This document shows positions 1-12,939 of a DNA stretch of 64,000 nt, in pieces. The notes below the pieces were generated by a model. The model was not told the origin of the DNA. It saw only the letters and a list, made by a program, of their open reading frames with translations, and searched no databases. Position 1 is the stretch's first letter, and each line of letters opens with the position of its first letter. This stretch comes from Octopus vulgaris (taxonomy: Eukaryota), in contig OX597819.1 of assembly GCA_951406725.2 (NCBI GenBank), positions 82,708,001-82,772,000 on the forward strand, written 5' to 3'. Position numbers and translations under genes: made by a program.

Positions 1-51
1 GCACATATATGTATATATATATATATATACATATATATACACATATATGTG

Positions 52-83
<32 letters not shown>

Positions 84-274
84 TTGTATGTATATATATA
101 TATGTATGTATATATATATATGTATGTATATATACACATATATGTATGTATATATACACATATATGTATATATATATGTATGTATATATATATATATGTA
201 TGTATATATACACATATATGTATATATATATATATGTATATATACACATATATGTATATATATATATATGTATA

Positions 275-305
<31 letters not shown>

Positions 306-408
306 TGTATATATATACATATATATATGTATATATATACATATATATATGTATATATATGTATATGTATATATATACATGTACATATATATATATATAT
401 ATGTATAT

Positions 409-440
<32 letters not shown>

Positions 441-490
441 GTGTGTGTGTGTGTATATGCATATATATATAAATATATATATATATATAT
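1..490. repeat. compound (TA)n/(TATG)n/(CA)n microsatellite
   Basis: Directly visible low-complexity tract; its YI-rich ORFs are artefacts. Confidence 0.95.
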
Positions 491-602
491 GCTACAGACA
501 ATGCTACTGATGTTTATAGCCCCAGGAAGATGTCCCCTCCAGAATGTGTGTCATTAGCCAGCTGGAGATGTCTCAGAGATTTATTATAACCTTATATAAA
601 GG

Positions 603-608
<6 letters not shown>

Positions 609-673
<65 letters not shown>
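609..673. repeat. (TG)n microsatellite
   Basis: Uninterrupted TG run. Confidence 0.95.
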
Positions 674-676
<3 letters not shown>

Positions 677-1559
677 TGTAGACACATACATGTGCTTATT
701 TACATATTTATGTGTGTGTTTATGTATGTATGTATAGATGCAGGTATGTATATAGTTGTTCTTTCTCAGCTCCTCCTCTCATTCTATATATGTTTCTCTC
801 ACTCTCCCTCTCTTTCTGTTTCCTTGTATCTCAGGAACTTCCTCTGAAAATCATTTGAACAATAATTCAGACATATTTAGTTCTGATGATTCATGAATGT
901 GATATATTATTCACCATTTCTCAAGCAAACTACAGCAAACAAGTGTACTGTGTTTAAAGAAAGTGAATGATTATTTCTGTTACTCTGTTGTTATTATTAC
1001 TCTATCATTACTAAGGGCCTCTTTTGATTGCTAGAAATTATATCGATGATCTTACTATTGGGTTGTGAAAACATGATAGTTCATATGAAAACTCTTTCTC
1101 TCTCTCTCACACACACACTCTCTTTCACTCTCTGTCTCTTTTTCATGCTTTCTTTTATTCTTTCTCTCTCTCTTTCATTCTCTTTTGCTCTTTCTCTCTC
1201 TCTCTCTAACCTAAAAATCTTTTTTAAACGTATAGTCTGCAATGTTCACCTAATATCACTTGAACTTAGTATCTCCCAGTAAGACTTTAGGGAGCATAGA
1301 ATGTTAATGATGATAGTTACATGAGTTTATAATATTCAGTATAGGAATGACATCAACTCCACTAATTGCAGAGAATCCAACTCATCTAGGAATACAGAAA
1401 TTCAAAATAATAAACTGGTTGGAGGAGATGAGGACTCTACAAGCTACAGTGAAGGTAACCATACAAGAAGAGAAGGAGCAGTTGCAACCCTAAATAAAAA
1501 GTGGTATACAAATATGCTTGACATATGATGTTGCTTGGTAGTAAAACTATTGGCAGCAA

Positions 1560-1835
1560 ATGTAGACAATGTGTGAAAGATAAAAAGAAATAAGGAGTGT
1601 GTAATCAGATGTTTAACATCAGTATACATAAGTAACAGAGCACAAATGGGCAAGCAGAAAAACTGAGTATGAGAAGAATGAAAGGAAGTGTTTAAGGGAG
1701 AAGTTTGGACTGGACTGGACTGGTATGAACATGTGTTGCATATGGAGGATGAAACATGGATAAAGAAGCACTAAATAATCTGCAAAAGAGAAAAACATGG
1801 ATGAGATGGTGACATATTATCTTGGAGGTTTGAAC
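1560..1835 (+). mobile_element. highly decayed RTE LINE ORF2 C-terminal remnant
   Basis: Translates to LDWYEHVLHMEDETWIKK and a later WDE-like motif, matching LRWYGHVLRMDEERCVKK...KTWDEVV of the RTE at ~38480-38600. Confidence 0.5.
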
Positions 1836-2812
1836 CTAAAAACGACGACAAGCAAAATTTTAAAAAACAATACCTCACAAGAGGAGCTCGCTCTAATATG
1901 AGTTATGGAATTTGCAGATGTGGAAGAGGTGAAGAAAAAGATGGAGGTGTTTAAAAGGCATCACTTCACAAGAGTTCCAGCACTGCTTCAAATAGTGAAA
2001 AATGAACTTGGATCAATGCATTGCTTCAAATGGAGAATTCTTTGAAGGTGATAAAAGTGTAAACATGTAAAACTGTAAGTGAATGAAATAATATTGCAAA
2101 ATTCCGGTTTCTTTTGGGTGCTTCCTTATATAAACCAGATTCAATAGTGAGAATTAAAATGTACATGATAACATTAATATAATTGGTTGAGTATCTATTT
2201 TGATCATGAATGTTACCATTGTTTGATCAATAGCAGCTCTAATATCATTGTATTAAAGTGTGACTGGCTGGGTGTTTCACTACACTTGTCTCTTAATATA
2301 TTTCTGTAGAAGACTCAGCATAAGATTGTATTTGTCAAAGAGAGCCTTTCAATTATGGATCCATCATACCTGATTTCACTCACAAAGCTTGAATTAATGC
2401 TGAAACCATCACAGAAGTTATGTACCTAAAACAGGAAAAAAGCACTCAAAGCAAAGCTAGAGTATATTTTAAACCAAAGTTTCTTTTCATCTCTATTCTG
2501 AGTTTTGTATTCCCATTTGTCAATGCCAATACAATTAACATACTTTTCTCTTATTCTCTCTCACTCTCTCTCTCTCTCTCTCTCTCTTTTTCTCGAGTGA
2601 GCAAATGAGTGTGAACATATAAGTTTGTTGTGTGCCTGTTTGCATGTGTATTGAATAGATTCCTTTCAAGACAGTGATTAAAATTTATCTTGAAATATTA
2701 ATAGACTTCAGAACAATATTGTTCCAAACTAAATATTAAGGGTCAATAAATATGGGTATCTGTATATAGACACATGCACAGATGCATATTAACAAACATA
2801 CACACTCACATG

Positions 2813-2897
<85 letters not shown>

Positions 2898-2904
2898 GTT
2901 TCAA

Positions 2905-3086
2905 TCATCATCGTTTAACGTCCATTCTCCATGCTAGCATGGGTTGGACGGTTCGACCGGGGATCTGGGAAGCCAGAAGGCTGCACCAGGCTCCGGTCTT
3001 ATCTGGCAATGTTTCTACAGCTGGATGCCCTTCCTAACGCTAACCACTCCATGAGTGTAGTGGGTGCTTTTTACGTGCCACCTGCA
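2905..3086 (-). mobile_element. RTE LINE 3' end (3' UTR + (GAT)n tail), 5'-truncated
   Basis: Reverse complement of 39270-39450 (gtggcacgtaaaaagcacccactacactc...ttaggaagggcatccagctgtagaaac...aaacgatgatg). Confidence 0.8.
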
Positions 3087-3192
3087 ATATATATATATAG
3101 ATAGATATAGATATACATATATGGCTGCAGTCAAATGACTGAAAGAAGTAAAAGAAAAGAAAGAAAGGATACATACATATATGTAAATATGC

Positions 3193-3246
<54 letters not shown>

Positions 3247-3288
3247 ATGGATGGATGGATGGATAGATGGATAGGTATGTCTCTCGCG

Positions 3289-3368
<80 letters not shown>

Positions 3369-5859
3369 GCATATACAAAATATGTGTGTGTGTGTAAATT
3401 AGGATTTTAGGAAATCCAAATGAGCACCATTGACAGCTTTCCTTGCAAAATCTTGATTTAAGGATGAATGGGGAATAGTATAGGAAAAAGATGTTCATTT
3501 AATCTCACTAACATTCCATACATGTTGTAAATCCAAAGGAATGTACCAATTATTAGGCTAGTACATTTATTGCAGAGTATTAAAGTAAGCAAAGGAACAG
3601 ATTACATTCTTAAACCAGTCAGATTATTCCTAAAGCAATAAGATTATTGAAATGATCAGTGATTATCATTTCAATATTCATTAGAATTTTTTGTTTAGCA
3701 ATATGATGGATTGATATATATATATGTAAAAATTATGTAAACCCATATTAAATGACCCTCTTTCTAATCATTTCTTCAGACTAGTTACAAAATTAACACA
3801 TATCAGAATTTAGTCTATTGTATATAATGAAAGAGGAAGGAGTATAGAAGCTAGAGCAATAAATTATAAACATCTGGTTGTCACACTATTAGGAATTCAC
3901 TCAAGCTGGAAGTCTATAGAGACAGATTATCTTGTTAGTTTTCCCAACATTAAGTTAATTGTAAACAGTTAAGGCTAAAATATTGACAGGTCAGGAACTT
4001 TCTAATTTATTGATGACATACTAAAGATAGGGAGATAAAACGTCTGGAATAGACGCAAAAATGTTTAAAGAGGTTTACTGCTATTTATTCTTAGAATGAC
4101 ACCACAAAAGGGAAGATGAAAGTGCGAGAAAAAATACCAAAATAGAAATAAGACTTAAAAGAAAAACAGAGATATGAACAAGGAGTAAAAATATATATAT
4201 ATGGTATATAGTTTATGAGATTGTTATAAGTATTGTGAAATAATTTATAATTGAACTAAATCAATTGCTAAGTTACATTACATAGATTCGCCAGTGATAA
4301 AACTGAAGTTGACATGAAGAATGGTTCATTGAACTGGTGGTAACACTGGATCAATAATTCATTGCATTTATAAATAAGATTAGACTTATGTTTAAGGATT
4401 TCTAGTACCCCCATAGAACATATATTACACTGACCCATTTTGCCCCTTTGTACAGACGTACAGTACCTGTTATTGACCATGATATTCCTTGTCTTGAGAT
4501 CCTAAATGAATTAAGTTATTGAGGGATTTTTTTCATTCTTAATGCGTTTTATCGTTCTTAAAGGAATGTACAGGATCATGTAATTCAAATTTAAATTTGC
4601 ATGCAGTAGCTTGTTAGCTGCATGGTACAAAATACTAATAGAGTCTAAGCTGAGTAGCTCAGCCATTTCTCACTCAATCATTCATAATCCTCTGGACTTT
4701 ACTAGTCTCTATCTTTCCAGAACATACCAATTTTCTCACACAATACCATACATGTTGGTGTTCAGAATAGAATTTAAGCCTTAAAAATAGCACCACAGCC
4801 AAAGAGGCATCTCAATCACTGAGTATAAAGGCCAACTCATAACAAGCTGTAGTTTAGAGTATCACCAATGGTGATGGAGAACAGTATAAAATATTTGCAA
4901 AGCTTCCACGGTCTTACCACTTAATATTTTCTACTGAAAACTGTTCCACAATGCATTCTGTTTACACTCATCATAGTACTTTCTCATGGCTTTGTCAGGG
5001 TGCTTGACTAGCCGATGGTTTTCAGGTCAGCTGCAGTTGTGCTAAAATTTCGAGTTTGTACTCTTTTTTATTGCAATTGGTCAGTCACAATAAAACTCGT
5101 GGTTCCCAGTACTTTAAGACAATCTGAACATCATCCTACCGATAGAGTTTACAAATTAAAGACAAAAACGTGCAGTGTATCACTATATATCAAATAAAAC
5201 TTTGGGTAAAAATATTTGGCGATAAGGATGACATTCCACCTGTGGCTGAGGCATCAGACACTACCTCACACATCTCCAGACACTTCGTCAAGAGGGAAAT
5301 ATTGCTAGGTTGTCTTAATAGCAAGTGTTGGTTAAAGCCTTGATTTTAAAAGGAAATTCTGGGGTCACTTTATTCACCAGTATATACGGTATGTATGAAC
5401 TGAATTGGTTGTTTGTATGTATTTAAGAGCTGTAATGTTTTAAGTCTGTTGGTTTTCATGCTAATTCTTCCTGTTTTCTGGCTTCCTTTTCATAATGAAA
5501 ATCACACATGTGGAAATTTGCCCATTTGTTTGTTAGCTGCATGGTACGAATTATTGATGAAGTTAAAGCTGAGTTGTTGCCCATTTCTATCTTTAAATAT
5601 GTAATATATCAATTTCACTCAAAAAGCCCTGCAACTCACCCATTTTCTCAATCTTTACAACTGTCATCACAATATTTTCACTCCCTTGTTCCTCCCATGC
5701 CACCATAATAATGCTAGACATACACGAAACCTGTCCTCCCCACCCCTTTTTTCTTATTTCTTAATCTCTTTTTCTGACTCTCTCTCTAACTTCTTGGCCT
5801 TGAATGTTTGAGTATCTAAGCAAATGGTGGCTTAGGCATGCAGGGATATCGAATATCTT

Positions 5860-7375
5860 ATAACTGACTGGGTAACTGATATGCCTGCTGGCAAATGTCC
5901 CTGCAAACTTCCTCCCTTTCAGGTGTTGAATGCTGCCCTACCTTCATCTTCCTATTCACTCTTTCCACCCCATTTACATCCTCTGAGCAGGCACAATCAA
6001 TGAAGACACATTGGGGCATATGTCTGAGGAGATTGCTGAAATGCTAATCCGGAGGTGTGTACATGTGCACTGCATGCCAGAAGTGAGATGGAGAGGGGCC
6101 TCAGTTTGGTTCCTCACAGGCAAAGAACATGAGCATAAAATCTTCTGGGAAGGCAATAGTGATGGCATAGGTGTGTGGATATATTTATATCCCCAAAATG
6201 GTTGATATAGTGATCAAAGCAGTCAGAGTATGCCATAGAATACTTATGCTTAGACAAATTTTGTAAAGTACAACAGCAACTATTATCATTGCCTATGCTC
6301 CTCAACCAAGACTTTTAGATTTTATGATGCTCTTTTGCACACTGCCTTGATGATAAATGGCAGTGACTGTATCCTTATGGTTAGGGATTTCGATTGTCAT
6401 GTTGGGTAGCATCCTGATGACTTTCATGGCGTACATGCAAGCTATGGATTTGGTTCCCGAAATGAGAAGAGAAGACTTTGTGGACAACCTAACGATCTGC
6501 AACACTAACTTCAGGAAGCCAGTCAGTCACCTTATCATCTATCAATCTGGTGGCCATACAAGTCATATTGACAATGTTCTGACCAGAAAGCAGAATAGAT
6601 GGATGCTCATAATTACCAAGATCTTTGCAGGTAAAGAGTGTACTTCTCCACGTACATTAGTTGTTAACCACTTTAGATATTGAGCTAGAAGACCCAAAGA
6701 ATCAAGCCAGTCTAGAAAAGGAAAATAAGAAACTTAAGGATATATACAATAGTTAGTGCTTTAGAGATGTCCTAATTGAAGTATTTGATGAGGAGGACTG
6801 GGTAACAACATATAACAGAGGATAACTGGAAGTTGCTACAGGACAACCTACCAAGGGCTATAGACTAAATCGGTTGCTGGTGCAAAGTTCCAGTCAAACC
6901 AAGAGTGACATAGTGGTTGAATATAGTCAGAGGCATAAAAGCAAAGGAACAGCCCTGGAAGAATTAAAATGGTAGCAGAGAACAGTACCAGGTAACCTTA
7001 AAAGAAGCTATGTGATAGGAGGTGCAGAAAAGAAAAAGTTTTTCCAGTGTTCTCCAGTGTGAAGTGTCCTGGATTGCAGGACAGTATGTCAGAGAAAATC
7101 AAGGGATTATAGGAGAGAAGTGTGTACAAATAAATGATGATATATCTGCATCTAGTGATTCTGAAAAGAATGAGGCATAGAAGCACCACTATGAAAGGCT
7201 GCTAAACGTTGATATTGCATGGGAGAAGGAGAGTCTTTCCTAATGTGACAGAATGACCAACTATCCAAATTGACAGTAATATGATAGATAATGCAATTAA
7301 GAATATGAAAATAGGGAAAACCCTTGGTCCATCAGGGATTACCACCAAGATGCTTAAAATATCTGGTGGAGAGCA
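5860..7375 (+). mobile_element. decayed RTE LINE (AP-endonuclease region through the linker preceding RT)
   Basis: Broken frames give EVRWRG, ICNTNFRKPVSHLIIYQSGGHTSHIDNVLTR (APE motifs) and HYERLLNV...KTLGPSGIT, homologous to 36930-37120. Confidence 0.75.
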
Positions 7376-7667
7376 AACTTACTATCCACTCACCCTATCG
7401 AATCCTCTGTACTATTTTGCTTAGCCTATAACTTGAGAATGCACTGCAACACCTCTTTTCTTCACCATCGTCTCTCTCTCTCTCTCCCTCTCCCTCTCCC
7501 TCTCTCTCATCTCTTTTTCCAGTTGAGATAGCCATGTATCTCCTCAACTGCAAGACACAAGTTTCTATATTTTTCATATTCCAACTTCTCATTGCCTGAC
7601 ACAAAGCCACCTTATTTAACATTGCTCCCACCTCATTTGAGAGGTCATATGCTGCAAGTTATTTGGT

Positions 7668-7866
7668 CATCATGCTGCTGCTGCCGGTACCTTGTAAAAA
7701 GCACCCAGTACACTTTGTAAATTATTGGTATTAGGAAGGACATCCAGCTAAAGAGACTATGGCAAAGCTGACAACAAAGTTTGGCACAGTCCCAACTCAG
7801 CAGCTCCTGTCAAACCATCCGACCCATGCCAGCATGTAAAGCAGACATTAAATGATGATTATGATG
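7668..7866 (+). mobile_element. decayed RTE 3' end
   Basis: taaaaagcaccc...ttaggaaggacatccagct...cccatgccagcatg...acattaaatgatgattatgatg matches the tail at 39280-39460. Confidence 0.65.
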
Positions 7867-8302
7867 AATCTATTATACCTAAACACTGTTTCTTCTGCCC
7901 TTCCTAAATTCATTATATTTAACAGACTAAGTTTTGAATCATATGGATATGCATAAGGACACATTTTTCTGGAGCTAGATGTCCCTCCAGACTATAATTA
8001 CCACTTGTTGCTAAGTGAGGAAATAATCTCCCAGTCAATCAATCCACAAACATCCCAGACATTGTTATGCAGAAAGGTGAAAGCAAATGACACTGTGTGA
8101 ATGAGTTAAGATATGTCAAGGAGCCTAAACAATCATCATGCTGAACAATCATCAAGAAACACTGTCTGCACAAACAGCAAGGCCATTGTTTAAAACCAGT
8201 GAACATACATGGAGATTAGGAGAAATATGAACTCACATAGACATACAATCACAGACACACCCACTTATATTAATATAAATATTTACACACACACACATAT
8301 AA

Positions 8303-8460
8303 GAGACTTCTTTCAGTTTCCATCTGCCATATCCACTTACAAGGTTTTGGTTGTCCTGTAGCTATAGTAAAAAGAGACGTGCCCAGTGCACCAGACTGTA
8401 GGATTGAACATCAAATCACATGATTTAGAAGAACACTTCTTGAACAGACAGTCATGCCTG
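8303..8460 (-). mobile_element. tRNA-derived SINE 5' fragment (family of 48510)
   Basis: cttctttcagtttcc...aaggttttggtt...gctatagta matches the reverse complement of the 48510 SINE head. Confidence 0.55.
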
Positions 8461-8826
8461 AGCACACACATACACACATGCACACACATATTATTCATAA
8501 GGCTCATTTGTATGATTAGTAAGTCATTTTTGTCTCAGTTTGGCATAGAATCAGGACTCTAACAGTTTCGAAATAAATGCTTTAAATAAATAATGTGATC
8601 CTGCCTCATACAATACATAACTGAATATGTTCTTAGTTTTTTTTTTTTTAACTAATAGTATGTGGAACATACATACATATATATATATATGCATGCGCGC
8701 GCACACACACACACTCGTACACATAGTACTTTTTGTTCTGCTGTCATGCTACTTAAGTGACTCAAGTTCCAAGAGTTTTGTGCATTACACTAATGAAACT
8801 AGTTTGATATGAAAAGCTCAGATAAG

Positions 8827-9183
8827 TTTTTTTAACTTGCTTAGTCTGAAGGTAAGGGTAGTACTCATAATCTTTGCAGGACCACTGAGACCAGTGAAGG
8901 TGATGTTAACGTTTCATTTAAGCTGTTGCAGGTCCATATCTACAGCAAAAACATGTGCAAGGATATTCTAGGGAGCCAATGTTCTGGGAAAGAATGACTA
9001 GGAAAAGGGGTTAGTGATATGAAGTGGAGAATCAAGGATGCCGAGAGTGCCTCAGTAGAGGAACTACAAGACTTTCCAGCTGTGAGGTACAGTGGCTATT
9101 GTACAAGCAATAGCCATAGTACCTCACGCACAATATAAAATACAGAGAGGAGACAGCATGCCCATAGTATATAGCTCTACAGT
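8827..9183 (-). mobile_element. CR1/L2-group LINE 3' fragment with poly(A) remnant
   Basis: Minus strand gives LYNSHCTSQLESLV and SFFPRTL...DLQQLK, resembling CR1/L2 ORF2 C-termini; T-run at 8827-8834. Confidence 0.45.
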
Positions 9184-9190
9184 TAAAGAA

Positions 9191-9249
<59 letters not shown>

Positions 9250-9881
9250 GTATATGTGTTTATGCACACACACATATACACATACATACATATGGATATG
9301 TATACTTGTGAATAAATCTCTGTATATGTATATATATATATATATATATTATGAAATACATGTGATGTGTGTTTGTCTATATGTGTATATTTATATGCAC
9401 ATGCACACAGACACACATGCATATCAGGTAAGGACTTGTGGAAAAAAAGGTTTATAATAGATATATTATATTATATTATATATAAGTATATCCCTCTGAC
9501 AGGCTTCCTCACAGCTTCTTTCTTCCCAGTTTGACTCAAGGCTATGGTAAAAAATAAAACGTTCTCCCAAGCTTTCCCAAAATTTTATGTCATTCATGAC
9601 CACATGATCAACCTGTCTGCCATATCCCCATTAGTGTGTGTAATCGTGTAGGCTGGTGGTCCATCTATATATATATATATGTATAGATGCTGATACTACT
9701 AGAATTATTCATAAAGATACTGATACTAGAATTATTCATAAAGATTAATGAGCTCTCAGCCTCTTAACTCATGAACAGTCCATCAGACACCTGATGACTC
9801 ATTAAGGACAATGGCTTCCAATAGAGATAATATTGTTAAACAGAGTTTTTTCATGAAATATATACATATATATGTATTAAT

Positions 9882-10190
9882 TTCTTTTACTTGTTTCAGT
9901 TATTGGACTGCAGTCACACTGAGACACAGCCTTGAAAGATTTTAGTCAAACAAATTGATCCTAGTAACTATTTTTAAGTCTGATACTTATTGTATACTTA
10001 CCAAACTGCAAAGTAATGGAAATCAACATGGGTTATCCAGTGGGAGTAGGGACACAGACACAAAGTCTCATTTCCATAGATATACCAAATATATATATAT
10101 ATATAAGTTCAACAGACTTCCACACACTTTCTGACTACTAAGCTCACTGAGAAGGCATTGGGCAACTAGAAACTATAGTAGATGATTCAC
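9882..10190 (-). mobile_element. decayed tRNA-derived SINE (family of 48510)
   Basis: ttttacttgtttcagttattggactgcagtc is the reverse complement of the SINE 3' end gtcaaatgactgaaacaagtaaaag. Confidence 0.55.
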
Positions 10191-10404
10191 AATCCTCTAA
10201 TGTATGTTATACATAAATATGTGCATATATGTATGTACATACATATATATAGGATAAAATCTTTATAAGAACTTATCAAGTAGTTAGTGTGAAAAACCTC
10301 ATAAGAGAAAAAAAATCCATCAATTTTTTTCACTTAAATATATTTATTTTTATTATATAGAGGGCATTATTACAGCTCATTTAGTTGAACTTCTCATTTT
10401 TTTT

Positions 10405-10545
10405 TACAAGCCTGATATTTATTCTATGAATTTCTAGTGGCAAACTGCTAATTTATGGGGATGTAAACACACCAACACTGGTTGTCAGGCAGTTGTGGGG
10501 GACAAACGCAGATACAAAGACACACACACTTGTATATATATATAC

Positions 10546-10607
<62 letters not shown>

Positions 10608-10862
10608 GAGACCCTCTTTGGTCATGGCTAACCATGGGATTGCACCTAGAAAGTTACCCTCCGAAACACAAGTCCGGGCAAGATTGTTATCCAAAGGAAA
10701 GGCAAAGGGGCCAACTGATTTCTACAGCTGAGTGAACTGGAGCAACTTGAAATAAAGTGTCTTGCTCAAGAACACAACAAACAACCCAGCCCGGGATTCG
10801 AACTCACAACCTCACGATCGTAAGTTCGACACTCTAACCACTGAGCCATGTATCTTCACATC

Positions 10863-10917
<55 letters not shown>

Positions 10918-10940
10918 ATATATGTATGTATATATATATG

Positions 10941-10982
<42 letters not shown>

Positions 10983-11153
10983 CGCACACACACACAACAG
11001 GTCTCTTTCAGTTTCTGTCAGTGAAATCCACTTAAAAAAGGGGCTTGATTGACTCAAGGTTTTAGTAGAAGACACTTACCCAAGGTGCCATGCTGCGGGA
11101 CTGAACTCAGAACCATGTGGTTGAGAAGCAAGCTTCTTGCCACGCTGCCCTGT
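10405..11153 (-). mobile_element. tRNA-derived SINE (family of 48510) interrupted by a second SINE and microsatellites
   Basis: Body at 10405-10530 and head at 11000-11153 both match the 48510 copy in reverse. Confidence 0.65.
10606..10860 (-). mobile_element. second tRNA-derived SINE family
   Basis: Minus strand reads tggctcagtggttagag (A box)...gagttcgaatcc (B box), then gtgttcttgagcaagacacttta; related copy at 59733-60051. Confidence 0.75.
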
Positions 11154-12300
11154 AATCTTTTATTTGGAGTTGTGGGTTATATATTGCCCTTATATATAAA
11201 TGAATATATACAAACATACATATGCATATATCTGAACACACATGCACACATATATATATATAATTATATGTATGTATGTATGTATATGTATTATGATAAT
11301 ATTACTTGGTCTTTTATCAAAAGATTTCCTATTTTGTTTAATGTTAGCTCTTTTTTAAGCAATAATTTTTTCACTTATTTGATTTCATTAAATGGTTTCA
11401 GACAAGACACAAAAAGACACAGAAAATTTCTAAAATTTCTTTTATATTAATATCACAAGCTTTAATCTTTAGTAAAGAAACATCAACAATTTCTTTAAAC
11501 TTTCTTTTAATCTTTTAGACATCACAAGAATTGCCTTAAGATAGATTACATTAAAAGTACTCTAGCAATAAAATCTAATTTAAAAGTTCATATTCAGTGG
11601 TCACTATAAATTGAACAACAGGGCAAGCAGATCAGTTTACTATATTGCATTAACGTAATATTTCTCCTGCCCGTTAAGCTTATCTCAATCTCTTCATAAT
11701 ACAGTGCTTGGAATTTTATTTTCCTTTTGTTTTTCTTTCAGAATGAACTTCCATTGGATAAATACATAGGGTGATCAAAAGATCTCCTAGATACCTTCCT
11801 ATCCTTAAACTCCACATAGAAAGGGAAATTTTGAAATACAATAGGAAAAAAAAGTTCAGCTGAAAAACCAATGCTACTGGAATGTACAAACAGCATTTAG
11901 TAGGAAGAGAAGGGTTTGGACAGGAAGAGGTTATATTTAAAACAAAAAAAATGCAGAAAGTGGAAATCTCAAAATACTTTTCTATTTTCTTATCTATTTC
12001 TGGAGTGTTCTTTTGGCATAATATTCTGGAATATTTTTTAATCATTCAGCTGAAAGAGAAAAGTATTTTGATCAACTCAGTTTTTAAGAAGTATATCACT
12101 AAAATGGCTTCATGTAAAGGAACAGAAAAAAATTGTATTCTTTCAATAACTGCTTTTACAAAATTATTGTTATTTTCTATTTCTTTATGTTACTTTCTAC
12201 TCCTTATAACACTTATTTATGTAAATTGGAATATATCATTCACATAGAAGTTTAAATAACAAGAAATTATGTTTGAAACAATTATTGTTTATTTCTCTTA

Positions 12301-12939
<639 letters not shown>

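Noticed and set aside
9-557. Long YI/CV/HT-rich ORFs here and at 12.2-12.9, 18.5-19.0, 35.1-35.5 and 39.4-40.0 kb
   Set aside because: Translations of TA/TG microsatellites that happen to lack stops.
9688-9800. Short tandem duplication and ctgatga motif
   Set aside because: No matching GAAA or stem II; an ordinary slippage duplication.
10785-10855. tRNA gene
   Set aside because: A/B boxes are present but there is no proper acceptor stem, and it continues into a SINE body repeated at 59.9 kb.
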